Origin: Octopus vulgaris
Taxonomy: Eukaryota
Direction of reading: 5' to 3'
Assembly: GCA_951406725.2 (NCBI GenBank)
Contig: OX597821.1
Span: 43,214,001-43,278,000, forward strand
DNA length: 64,000 nt
Shown piece by piece: positions 37,864 through 51,155 of the stretch. Position 1 is the stretch's first letter. Each line of letters begins with the position of its first letter. Both the position numbers and the translations under genes were made by a program. Under the pieces are notes generated by a model. It worked only from the letters and a program-made list of their open reading frames with translations, was not told the origin of the DNA and searched no databases.

Positions 37864-40800
37864 AGATTCTAAGCTTCTCTGCCAGCCATAATAGCTTACC
37901 ATCTTTCAATTTCCAATCAGCAACAATTCAAAAACTCAGAAACTTATATTTATCCTTTGAATTCATGAAAATTAGATTCCTTCATGTGAAGGTTTTTTTT
38001 TTTTGCCAGTTAGATATATAATTAACCACAATTAGACTGTTGAAAAATATTTTAAAAAGTCTATCTTTTTCATAGTTTTGGACAAGGTGTGTGTGATGGT
38101 GTTAAAATAGTGAGTTAATGACAAACTATATCCATATTGGAGCAAAAACCTCTCCTAAGACATTGTTTTGTGTCAGCACACAAATACACATAGATCAGTC
38201 ACGTAGTTAAAGTATTGATTGGATCATTAATTGACAGATCAAGACCATGAGTTCAAATATTTGTAGTATTGCATCTCTAGACAATAATTTTACATGCTTC
38301 ATGTAAAATCAAGTAAGATATACAGCTAGCTAACAGGTACTAGATGTTTACTGGAACAGAATTAGAAGAAAACCCCACCATTATAAGGTCCTTGCATGGA
38401 CTCTTTTAGCCTTCTTTCAGTCACTGGACAGTGATCAGGTTGGAGCACTACCATCAAGGGATTCTATTTCTTAACACTAATCCTAGTATTTATTTTATTT
38501 AGTCTGGTGTTATTTAGTCATTGATTTCCCATTAAATGGCTAAGTTATCTCATGACATAAGAGAACCTGACATACTGCTGACCAAAGCTTTGTGAGTAGA
38601 CTCGGTAGATGGAAACTGAAAGAAGCCTGTCAGATGTGTGTGTGTGTGTGTTTCCTTTGTTGCTTGACATTGTATGATAGTTGTTAACAAGCATCTCTAT
38701 CACATAAGATGTCCTTCATTCCAATCTTCCATGAAAACATGCCTGTCCATGGGGAAATATCTTATTGGAAACAGGTGATGGTTGACAACAGGTAGGGCAT
38801 CCAGATGTAGAAAATTTGCCTCAACAAATTCCAGCCAATCCAGAAAAGCAGACATTAAAATGATATGATATATACAGACATCTTGTGTCCCAACTACCAT
38901 ACTGTACTTTGGTTATTAGGTTGAGAGGTAATTTATTTAAGTCTGTTTACATACCAATGTTCTATTACCAATCATTAGTTAATAATGGGATATATACAGC
39001 AGTAAAATACTGGTTCCAAGAATTCAATATGGATTTGGTTGAATTGTTGTCCTCATCATCAACATCATCACTCTCTACTTTCAATTTTAATGCAAATTTG
39101 AATAGTTCGTATTTCAGTAAATCTCTACTTGGTCTCAATCCTACATCATCTCACCTGTGAGAGCCAATAATCTCAGATCTGAATGAACCACCTTAATACT
39201 AGGTCAAAAATTTCTCTTCTCTAGTGCATACCCTTTACAATTAATTGCTTGTAATAATGATGTTAGTAATCAATTTAAATTTTAAAAAAAGACTAGGACC
39301 ATTATACTTTAAACACCTGATAAAATTATAATCACAATAGAGAAACATTATCTCTAGATTTGGTGAATATTAATTTCAGCTGCATCAAACTAATACATCC
39401 CAACACATTCAAATCTGAAATTCTTCAGAACAAACCAAGACAACAGCTTCAAATACAATTTTACTTAAATGTAGAGTGACATAACTCCATTTATGAATCA
39501 TGTGGTGCTATTCGGCTAGACAGGCTCTGACCTGCAGCATCAAAATACAATTTCCAGATTACAACTCTCTCTATCTCACCTTTCTTAGCCATATAAATAT
39601 AGGCATTCAATCAATATATTCAATAAATCTGAAATAAATCAAGTGAATAAAAAGAAAAATGTTTTTACAGTTGCAAAGAAAATAAGTGAGTGAAAATATG
39701 AAAATGAAAGAAGAAAATACATATGCAAAAGATTAATTATTGTGAGTGAAGTGAAAAACAAAACAGAAACAGAATGAAAGAAATATATTTACACAGAAAT
39801 CTACCTACAATGCATGCATGCATGTATTGCATGCATGCATACATACATACATACACACATACATACATATTTGTCCAACCCATGCAAGCATGGGGAAAAA
39901 GTATGTAAAGTGAACAAACAAATATATATATATATAACAAAAATGAAAAGAAATGTTTTTTCAAAAGTAGTGAACATTAAATACAACATTGAATTAATTT
40001 CATCTGGTAGGTTCAACATCTACCCTGTTCATACCCTGACTTATTCTCAATCTTTTCTCTAAATCTAAACTCATTTGTTATTCCTAAATCTCTCTTCATC
40101 AGCTTTCGTAATCTCCCCTTATCACATCACTAACCAGCAAAAACAATTACTACCTGTATCGTTATTTAAACCTTTAATATATATAATGATAGTTGTGTTA
40201 GTTATGTTGATATATTTTTGTGATTACAATGATGTGACTAAGATAAATATAACATTCTGGAGCAATTTGTTGAGGTTTTCTTGCTGTCTACAGTAACATA
40301 GTAAGACTGAATGGAGTTTGGATGAATTGTAGTCTTCATAGAAGATAAACTTGGCAGTTAAGTCATTCAAGACTTCTACGCTGAATATTCATGGTAGGGA
40401 ATCATTTTCCCATCTGATTCTTCAGAGACAATCAATAACAGAAATTATTATTTTTTTACCTCTCTCCCCATTCTACACTCTTCTAAAACTTATTGGTCAT
40501 TCACAAATAGCTAAATATACATCTGTTATACACACAAAGAAGTCTTTAAAACATTCGAAGGTTATCCATGGTTAAGTTTTACATAATCAACCTTCTCTAT
40601 TATATACACTACAAGCAAATTTCTTTTTCTCCCATTCGCCAGTTACAGGTCTTTTACTCAGAAACAATCCGACTATCTTAAAGAATCAATAAATTTTCTT
40701 TTAACTAATATTTAAAACCTTTGCTGAAATTGTATGTGTGACATAGATATTCAGCTAGATATGTGTAGCTAATTATGTGTAACAAACAAGTGCTTTCTAC

Positions 40801-42089
40801 ACATTTACTATAAAGTATTTAGAGTTTCTGATGTTTATGCAGGTTATTATATAATTAAATCTGTACCATGCTTTTATACTGGTATCTAAATGAAACTACA
40901 GTGGATTTAATCATATAATCATCAGATTTAATTTGTCATCTGGTTTAATACCACCACTTAGACATTTGGTCTCTTTAATAGGATCTACAAGAGTAAAACA
41001 CTAACATCTGGTCATCAAATATTTTAAAGAGTTTACTAGGGTGTAATACCAACATCAGATCCTCAGGTGTCTTTAGCAGTGTTTACTGGTGTCTAATACT
41101 ATCAATAGCTGGTCCTTGAGTATTTTAAAGGGTTTATTAGGTTCTAATTCCACCACTTGGGCCTTGTGTTTCTTTAACAGGGTCAATTTGAAGTGGTAGA
41201 CTTAATCAATTACTTTGTTAAGCACAGCTGCTTTGTCCATAAGAGCCTTTAATATCGTTCACTCTATTTCAAGTATTCAGAGTGTGTCTTTAATTTGAAG
41301 TTGTAGTTTACTGTTCCTTTCCGCCAACCAACAAGTCTTGGAAGATTTGCAATAAGGGTCACAAGAGCTACCCTTCTTCCTCTCACTATTGTAAACCCTC
41401 ACACACACACACTGTTCATTAAATCATATTTAAATACTATATAAGAACTCAAAATAAATAAAATTATGGTGCTCAGCATTCATCTTAGATATGTTTAACC
41501 ATCAAAAATAGATGTACATTAAGTGTGCTGTGCGAATAAGTAGCAAATACTTCAGACAGATCTCATCATCAGAGAAAATTTCTTCCCACTGCACATTAAC
41601 CAATCTTGATTTATGTTTTATAATCAACTAAGTCTTATTCCAACAGACTACTACATCTCGTCTTCATAGATTCTAGAGATTATATTTAATGTTACTATGG
41701 TGTCTTTTTGTGTGTTGCAATGGTGCCAAAACATCATTGATAAACTGTGTGCGAACACACAACAACAAAAACAAATATATAAAAAGAAAAGAAAAATAAT
41801 CAATTAAAAGAGGAGTTATTTAGAACCATTACTAGAATGTTGTCTGTAGTCACAGAGTATTCATCAATAAGACTGAGCAGTGTGTGAATATTCTTACTGC
41901 GTATTAATTAGCAGTAAGGTGTACATTAGCGACAAGGCTTGAGTATGCTACTGTAAAAGACTGGTGCAGAAAGAGCAGTGTTTCATACAGGGACTACATG
42001 TGATGGAGTAACAACTGTGACATTCAGGCAAACTAATTTTTTTTTTTTTTATAGGCAAGTGGAACAGCAAGAAAAAATGTTAGATATAC

Positions 42090-42122
42090 CATAGATTTTA
42101 AAGATGAAGGAGACATCAAATC
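42090..42122 (-). CDS. Candidate 33-nt micro-exon (DLMSPSSLKSM) in the long upstream SFT2 intron
   Basis: Strong acceptor TTTTATTTCTTTTTCTAG and GTATAT donor. Stop-free in phase 0; peptide resembles the 58503-58532 candidate. Confidence 0.45.
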
Positions 42123-44008
42123 CTAGAAAAAGAAATAAAACTGACATGGAAGCATTAACACAAATGATCATGTAAGTTGATAATTACATGTAAACAAATA
42201 TATAATTTAAGACAAGATATATTTAGAAACTAATTTACTTTGACAAATTAAATTCAACACAAAAAATGTTGTCGTTTATTTCAAATATAAATAAAATATA
42301 ATTAACCCTTTTAATAGCACCCAGCCACAGACTGCCTCTAGTTCTATGATACAAATCCCTGTTTTAAAGGGATTTGTATCATATTAAATTAAAACTTTCC
42401 ATCAAAATTCTATGTTAATTTGTTCCAAACCTCAAAGTTATTCCAATGAAATCCTCATTATTTTCAAAATTGAAGAGAAAAACAGTATACTTCAACAGAA
42501 ATATGGTAATATCAGAGTTCAATAAACGCTATTGTTTTCAATGGTGATAATTATAGAGAGAAATAAATCATATTCCATTAAACAAACCAAAAACAAAATA
42601 CAACATAAACTATGACAAAAATCATTATATAATTGAACAAGTCAAAAGTCTATGTGCAAGGCCAGTAGTAAACCACTCTCTAACTACTATTAATCAGACA
42701 ACAGGTCTGGCTACGTGGGTAAGAAGTTTGCTTTGCAGTCATACAGTTCTAGGTTCAATCCCATGGTGCAACACCACAAGCAAATATCTTTGTCTGTAAA
42801 CTTTGATTGACCAATGCCTTATGAGTGGAATTTGGTAGATGGAAGTTATACAGAAGTACACAGGATGGACCAAGTACAGTTTACTATGGTAGGAGCAGAT
42901 TGAACTCTTGAGGAGGGCAAAAACAAACTATTACTGCAGCATACTACACAAGCCTTGTAGATGTTCCACAAGGACACCAGAGGTCAAAGTGACTTGATAG
43001 TCTTTACTTTAATCAACTTATTTAATGATATCTGTATTTAACTTTGTTAATGACTATAAGTTCTTTCATCTAGAAATATAGGAATCTATTGATAAAATTT
43101 AAGTTGGCGTCTTCATGTTAGGGTAGATGTAACATCTACAGCCTCACACAGCTATAAGAAACTCAAAGACTCTACATAATTTATCCAATATGGAACCCTG
43201 CACCAATTTACCCACAGTACATATTATATATCATTGGCTAGTGTTGTTTCAGATCACAACTAGTGGATTATATATACACAGATGGTTAAGATTGTGAATA
43301 TTTAATATTTAAGAGCTGTTTGTAAAAAATCTTCTCTAAATCTACACACACAGAATCATCAAAGGCTAACTTAAATAGATTAAAGAGAAAACCAAAAAGC
43401 AGTTACCCTCATCTATTATACAATGCACACTGCAGATAAACACTTCTAGAAATTTGTTTTTAGCTGAAAGACTAAACAAAAACATAGAAACTTTAGTTCA
43501 TAGTTGAATTTTAAGGAAGTAGTTTCATTTCTGGTAGATACTTCTTTTTTGAAGGTGAATCTCAGATTCACTATGACTTCTGTTACCCAGATACACTGAG
43601 AGAAAAACATTTTATGGGAAAAAGATATACAGTCAACTGATCAATACTAGTGTATACAACTGACACTCATCTTATTGATTTTAAAAGGAAGAGAGACAAA
43701 GTCAAATCCATTTAGAATTGGAATTTGAAAGACAAACATTTAGTCTAACGTAATATCATGTCAACCAACTCAGTGTATTCATGATGAAAAATCCTTTTAT
43801 GCTATGGATTCCAGAAGCTTACACACACACACACCTCACGCTGCTGCCATGTTAAAAGCACCCAACACATACTGTTAAGCAATTAGCATAAGGAAGGGCA
43901 TTCAGCCATAGAAACCAAGCCAAATCAGAATGGAAGCTAGTGCAGCTCTCTGGTCAAAATATTCAACCCATGCCAGCATGAATAAAGGACATTAAAGGAT
44001 GATGACAA

Positions 44009-44053
<45 letters not shown>

Positions 44054-44909
44054 CGTTCAATTTACAAGGAAAGATCCAGATGAACCATTTTTTTAAACTT
44101 GTATATCCATGTCCTTTTTTTTTAAAAGACAGTTTGTTTTAATTTGAGTAAGGTTATTTACAATATCTACCAAGTTGAGTAACCACAGAGACAGTTCCTT
44201 GTTAACTTTTTGTTTCTCTTTTTCAAAATACAAAAAGAAGCAATGCAAAAGAACAGTCTGAGTGTATTTGGTTAATTCAATGTGAATACAACAATGTAAT
44301 GGTATGTATGTGCAACATGCACATATATACATGTTTTTGCTCATTTGTCATTATTTTCAACGATTACACAGACTTGTTCACTTTTTCACTGCATTGTATA
44401 TTGCACCCAATCTTCTGTGGTCACTTACCTCATCCTTCTTTCCTTTCTCTTCTTGCCCTCCCCCTTTCCTTCTCTCTCTCTCTCCCTTCCACTATGCCTA
44501 ACTTTCAACTGTTTGGATTTTTGAAAACTTATTCTTCTTTCCACTACATTTGCTCTTTTCTTTTCTGATGAAGGACTATCGTCCAAAATGTTGATGCTTT
44601 CCTTTCAAGTATTGGGCTAATAGTACCTTTGTTAAACCTTGTACCTCCCATGTTTTTACTTGTTTTTGCTCATTCATCACACACACATGCATGAAAGAGA
44701 CATTGCAAAGGTTAAACTATGAGCCATCTGATCCAAATTGGCTAATTTGATGTTGACTCAACAATGTATTAGAGTGAGCATGTGTGCGTATACATACTTT
44801 CTTATACACACACACACCCTTATGTTGGGGCGAGGTCACTTGACCCTGTTATCTCCCCTACTATCCTTCTAGCGTCTAACGTCTGATCTCTGACATCTGG
44901 CTGAAATCA

Positions 44910-45141
44910 GAATGCCATGGTGAATCGTTAGCTCCTGCACGCATTTTTTTTCTCTCCTTGTTTCTTTTCTGTGTATTTTTCTGTTGAAGAGCGTAGGCTC
45001 GAAACGTAAAAGACTTGTTTTATTTCTATTCCTGAGTGCCATACTAATACAATTGTTTGTTTGTACTCCACCTGCCTTCGTCTTTTGTTTATTTTCGTAA
45101 ACCTGCCTTCGTCTTTTGTTTACTTTCGTAAACCTTCCCGT
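44910..45141 (+). mobile_element. Short Penelope-like repeat with a minimal hammerhead-like motif
   Basis: Inverse homolog at 47788-47975; motif at 44977-45012; internal ~30-bp duplication at the 3' end. Confidence 0.55.
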
Positions 45142-45745
45142 TATATATATATATATACACACACACACAAAGATTAACTAGGTCAAGCAGTAAAGAAAAA
45201 TGGCATATTAATTTAAAATTGTAACATCAAATGGATAAGAACTGGTAGCAAACACCATTCCAGTCCTAAATATCTAAATTGCTATGGTAAGCTATTGAAA
45301 TAGTAATTAACATTAGTGAACTTTCTTTTCTATAATATTTTAATCTATTCTTCAATCCACAGAGTCTTATATTTTATATATTTTTGTAGGAGTCATGGTT
45401 TATGGTTAACATAGCTGATAGAATTTCTGGAGGGTTTGGGATGAGTATTGCTTTAAATTAATTATGTTTATTCTTAATGAAACAGTTGTTGAAAGTAATC
45501 AAATTACAATGTACCTGTGAAATTTATGCCTTTTCTGTATTTTAGCTTAAATATGCATTGCTCTTAAGGATCATTTTAGTTGATTATGTGCATACAAACT
45601 TCTTCCACTGGATTTACTGCAATGTTATAATGAGGTGGAATTTAATGATCCATTATTAAGTGAAGTCATGATTACTATGGGTATATTTCTTGATGTTTTA
45701 TGCAGCCTTTCTCTTCCCTACTCATATATATATATACATATATAT

Positions 45746-45794
<49 letters not shown>

Positions 45795-45797
<3 letters not shown>

Positions 45798-47027
45798 GGA
45801 TTGGACAAAATAATGAAAACACCTAGCATCATAATTTTGAAATATCTATAAAACCATTAAAAGCTTGTTTATTTTTATGTTTTTTGATTTATTATTAGTG
45901 TTGCTTAATATGTTTTGCTAAAATTGCTGTTTCTTTTGAGATATCATCAGAAAAAGGTAATTAAAATTAATTAAAATGACAGATCTATTGGACTTTCAAA
46001 GAGGTCAAAGTGTTGGCACTCATATGGCAGGCACTAGCATAACGAAAACAGCCGAAATGTTTGGTGTATCAAGAAGTACGGTCTCAAAAGTAATGACAGC
46101 CTTTGAGAAAGAGGGAAAAACCTCCTCGTCGAAACAAAACTCCGAAAGAAAACCAAAGCTTTCAGATAGGGATCATCGGACTCTTACATGAATTGTTAGA
46201 AAGGATTACAAAAGTACAGCTCCCAAAATTACTGCAGAGCTTAACGACCACCTCGAGAACCCAGTTTCTGCAAAAACTGTTTGCCAGGAGCTGCACAAAG
46301 CAATCAGAAAACCACTACTTTCAAAAACAATCATTGTGAAGTGTTTAGAGCCGAGTAAAAACCTATAGAATTGGTCCCTAGAACAGTGGAAGAATGTTAT
46401 TTTCTTGGACGAGTCATCTTTTACCTTATTTCCAATCACCAGCCGAGTATACATGTGGAGACAGCCAAAAGAAGCATTTGACCCAGACTGCTTTCTTCCA
46501 ACTGTTAAACATGGAGGAGGATCTGGGGGAGGGGGCTATATATTGGAAATCTGCTGGCCCAATGGTTTCCCTTCATGGCAGAATTAATAGCCACAACTAT
46601 TTAAGCATTTTATCTGATCAAATTCACCTTATGGTTGCAGAACTGTTTCCGGAGGGAAATGCAATCTTTCAGGATGATAATGCACCAATTCACACAGCTA
46701 AAGTTGTTACTGAATGGCATAAGGAACATTCTAGTGAAGTTGAACATCTTATCTGGCCACCACAGTGTCCCAGATCTCAATATTATTGAACATTTATGGT
46801 GCATTTTAGAAAAACAAGTAAGGAGTTGATATCCTCCACCATTATCAGTACAAGAACTGGAGACTGTTTTAGCTGAAGAATGGACAAAAATTCCTTTGGA
46901 AACAATTCAAACTTTGTACAAGTCCATACCTCGTAAAATTCAAGCTGTAATTACTGCCAAAGGTGGTCCTACCCAATATTAAAATATATTTGTTTGAAAC
47001 GTTATTATGGATTTTTAGAAAACACTG
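45795..47027 (+). mobile_element. Tc1-like DD34E transposon, pseudogenised transposase about 45976-46982
   Basis: TA-CAGGG start; MTDLLDFQRGQ, FGVSRSTVSK, IFLDESSF, FQDDNAPIH and WPPQCP/DLNIIEHLW motifs. The right TIR is degenerate. Confidence 0.9.
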
Positions 47028-47405
47028 TATATTTTGCTTGTTTGGTTACTTAAATGAGACATAAGTTAAAATCATTAATTTTCACACAATTATGACTACA
47101 TTCTGTGACTTTGATTTTAGCTACGGCTTATACAGTTTTAGCAGTATTTTGTGTGTCTTTACATTCTGAGTTCAAATTCCGCTGAGGTCGACTTTACTTT
47201 CATCCTTTTGGGGATCAATAAATTAAGTACCAGTTGCATACTGGGGTTGATCTAATTGGCTGGCCCCCGCCTCTAAAATTTCAAGCCTTGTGCCTAGAAT
47301 AGAAAAGAATAATGAGCTTCTGCAGCCCATGTTTCCTTCAGCTTTAGTTACTCTGTGTTGTATTAGTTACAAATTTATATAGTAAGTTGCACTTAAAGTG
47401 CAAAT

Positions 47406-47730
47406 AGTCCAGAAATATAGAAAGAATGCTGCCGTTGATTAGCTCCAAGAGGCCATCGCCTCTAGATAGTTATGTGACACATGAACTTGTGTCCATTATA
47501 ACCTTCAAACAGGGGAGGTCAGCTGCTTTCCCTTGCTGGTTAGGTTTCTGCAGACTGGTTTCAGGGTATTTGCCCTTTATCAATGCAGAGCAGCCAAACC
47601 CAGCAGGCATCACTACTGACCGTCTGTTTGAAGGTTATAATGGACACAGGTTCATGTGTCACATAACTAGCTAGAGGCGATGGTCTCTTGGAGCTAATCA
47701 ACGGCAGCATTCGTCCTATATTTCTGGACT
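47406..47730. mobile_element. MITE-like fold-back element with ~107-bp inverted arms
   Basis: 47406-47512 is the reverse complement of 47624-47730 with a few mismatches; ~110-bp spacer. Confidence 0.8.
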
Positions 47731-47754
47731 GCCATATTAGCTTGGTGATAACTA

Positions 47755-47787
<33 letters not shown>

Positions 47788-47791
<4 letters not shown>

Positions 47792-47975
47792 AGAGTTTAC
47801 GAAAAAAACAAAAGACAAAGACAGGTGGTGTACAAAACAAACAGATGTATTCGTATAACGCTCAGAAATAGAAAAAGTCTTTTACGTTTCAAGCCTACGC
47901 TCTTCTACAGAAAGGGACACAGAAAAAACAAGGAGAGAAAAAAATGTGTGTAGTGGCTAACGATCTATCATGGCA
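47788..47975 (-). mobile_element. Short Penelope-like repeat with a minimal hammerhead-like motif
   Basis: Reverse complement of the 44910-45141 family; motif at about 47880-47914. Confidence 0.55.
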
Positions 47976-48979
47976 ACTGACAACATATATATATATATAT
48001 ATATACATACACACACACACACACCTTATGACTTTGCTTAGGCATGGCAATACTAATAACCTGTTGTTAAAACTCAATGTACATGTGTTTCAGAATAAAG
48101 CTTTATTTAGGCAAGTAAAGAGTGCAATATGAATTTATTGAATGACAAGAGGCTCCCTTGTCATTCAGTTAATACACACAAAGAATGTGTGGCTAGAAAA
48201 TAAAATGGTTTAGCATAGTCCCCACTAACTGAACAATGAAATATTTACAGAATGCAAGAATATACACAAACATGCAGAATAAGAGAAGTATGAACTGTTG
48301 CAGAGATTCATGCACTCTGATAGAGCTAATAAAACTATAGACTAAACACCAAAAATAAGATGAAAAGGCTTTTTTTTTTTTTAATTTTAAGAAAATGGAA
48401 TTATCATTATGCATTGATTTTTAAATATGAAACAGTGACATCTGGATGTGGTTATCCAAGAAAGATAGTTGAACTAGGAATTTTGATAAGTGCTGTTAGA
48501 TCACTGTTGACCTTTGGATTCACTTGAGATACAATCCAAGAAATATTGTTTGACCAATTCCCTCAAAGTCTTGCTTTAATGGCAATAGGGACTCAGACAA
48601 CAGTTGAATCAGGCAAGGTCCAGGAATTGAACCTTGATATCCGAACCATGAGGGTACACTACCTAAATTTTACTTATGCCCCAAATATTTTCTCCTGTGC
48701 ATTAATTACCCCCTTGCTGTCCTCTCTAACAACTAATATTTTGTAAACATGTGTCATGCACACTTTAACATCTCACCACATACACAGTTTTCCAGAGCAA
48801 TGACACCTGATAACATCCTTCAACAAAGATATAACAAGCCAGTCTCTTATCATTACACACACAAGGAAACAGTCCTGAATGCAACTAAATCCCACACAGT
48901 GTCTGATAATCATGACTCTGCATATATAACATGATTATAAAACTATGTCACATAAAAAATTAAAAAAATAGAAATTATA

Positions 48980-49500
48980 AAAAGCCTCTTTAGGTCCAGG
49001 AAATACTTCAGTCCTAATCAGTTGCTGGCCTAAGGCTGAAGCAAATCCCATATTGGAGTACTAGCCCTATATCTGGGAGGGTACAGCTATTCCACATCAC
49101 ATCCATAACAAAGCCATATTTTATTGGGCCTATATCTGACTGGACTATTCAGCCACTCCACACACAAATACACACGTTTTGATAACATCCACAAAGAAGA
49201 TTATTTAACTGACTAACAATGATTCAATTACCTATACAATTTGACTACAGGCTCCTACAGATACACAGTTTCCTCTCTTTTCCTCTCCTATCGCTAACAG
49301 CTTCTAGTCCTCACTGCACATCCTTGATATACCAATCCTATGTTATTCAATTGTCTCGCTCTTGCCCCCCCCCCCCCACAACCCTCACAATAAACACTTA
49401 AATCAGTCTTCACAGAACTGCAACCATCTGGAATTACCCTCCTTGTCTTGCTAATGTTCTTTCTGTATATATTAGTCTTCACATGATTAAGATTAGCATC
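48980..49500 (+). mobile_element. Highly decayed CR1/L2/Jockey-type LINE 3' fragment
   Basis: KAEANPILEY*PYIWEG and RTATIWNYP remnants resembling C-terminal LINE ORF2 motifs. Confidence 0.4.
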
Positions 49501-50551
49501 ACCCATGGTCAAGGAGATAGACCTGACAAGGTGAAAAGCAGTACCTCTTGTGAAACAGATCTCCAAAAGTAAATGGTATTAACCTCTATTAAGTATGTTA
49601 CAAAAATATAATTTCTTCATTCATTGTTTTCCTCTGATAAGCCTATGTGAATCAGATTTACAATGTTAACACAGCAAATAGTTTAACTAAGAACATTTAA
49701 AATTGCATTGATACTACATGATTGATCTACTTTCACAAACCTATAATTTTATCAGTTCTCTTTGTCCATTATGTCTATTATTGACTGTTATCCATAAATG
49801 GTTGTACAATATAAGATGTCTATTGTTGCCTTTGCATGGTCTGAAAAAGCCATGGACAGTTTCTTCCTCAAGAGCTTACCTTCTTCAAAAAGTGCAGAAA
49901 TATGTTTGTTTTTAATTCACTCTTTACCAGGAATTGTCCTTCCTTGTTTTGTTCATCATCCTCACTCTTGGTAATTATCTACTTTATCAGTTGGAATAAT
50001 CCATAGGTTGCTCATACCAGCTGGAACAATCCATTGTAGCTAAGAGAATATAATTGATAAACAGCCTGATAGGTGCAGGGATGGCTGAATGGTTAAGAAA
50101 TTTGCTTCCTAACCACATGATTTTAGGTTCAGTCTTATTGCATGGTATCTTATACTAAAAACCTAGGCAAGCATCTTATACTATAAACCTGAGCTGATCA
50201 AAGCCTTATAAGTGGGTTTGGTAAGTGGAAACTGGAAGAAACCTCTTGTATATATATGAGTATATGTATCTCATCTTGACATAGTGTGAGAGTTGCAAAT
50301 AAATGTTAGTCATATAAGTGGTGGTGTTTGTGTTCAATCTTTCATAAACGCATACCTGTCCATGGGGTAATATTACTTTGAATGGAAACAAGTGAGGATT
50401 GGTGACAGGAATGACACCTAACTACAGAAAATCTGCCTCAATGAATTCCATTGACCCATGCAAGAATGGAAAAGTGGATGTTAAACAGATGATGATGATG
50501 ATAAGGAGAAAAAGTTATCTTTTTTTAAGTGTATTTTTTCTGGTGCAGCTA

Positions 50552-50930
50552 CAGTGGCTTGCAAAAGTCTACACCCTCTTTGAAAATTCATATATTTTGT
50601 ATAATTTAACAGGGAACAACACATTTTTTCAATTTCAATGATTGTTAAATAATAAGCAGATCCATCACACTTTCCTTTGATATAAAAATTACATTTTAAA
50701 AATTTCACACTGATTCTTAAAATCATATAACTTAAAAAAATGTCTTTGCAAAAGCCTACACCCAGCAGATATTATACTGTGTTATCAGGTAGTTTGTCAT
50801 TGTTGTATACAATCCAAAACAGTCAAAAGTGACATGTGCGTTCTACCATAACAAACAAACTTGGCCAGTCTATTATTTTGCTATATAAGGTGATTTAACT
50901 GCCTACAAAATCATTCACCACATGGTTTTT
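50552..50930 (+). mobile_element. Terminal fragment of a Tc1-like element
   Basis: TA-CAGTGGCTTGCAAAAGTCTACACCC with an internal direct copy TTGCAAAAGCCTACACCC about 190 bp later (IR/DR style). Confidence 0.5.
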
Positions 50931-51155
50931 TTGGTATATTGGTCTTTGAACGCTGACTGTAAACACAAGGTGTCCAACTCAGATAATTTTCTCTGTTAAT
51001 TACGTGACCAACAGGGGGAAATTATGCCTAAACATGAGCGCAGCGCATGTGAACATCCGACGTGCTTTGAGTCGGGAGAAGAATTGAGCTGACGCAGACG
51101 TGTTGCAAAGAAAATGGGCAAGCCTCTGGTTGTTACAAGTTGAAATTATATAGCA

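Noticed and set aside
39000-39153. Selenocysteine read-through of the TGA before a ~60-codon frame
   Set aside because: No selenoprotein-like context and no SECIS-like element was recognised.
43407-43595. Further minus-strand exon candidates (57 nt at 43407-43463; 9 nt, CIW, at 43587-43595)
   Set aside because: The first has an in-frame stop and the second has a mediocre donor with no other support. Such matches are frequent in AT-rich introns.
49880-50039. Possible SFT2 exon 1 (minus-strand SEDDEQNKEGQFL, donor AAG|GTAAGC)
   Set aside because: There is no in-frame ATG, a TAG lies directly upstream, and the resemblance is limited to an acidic patch.
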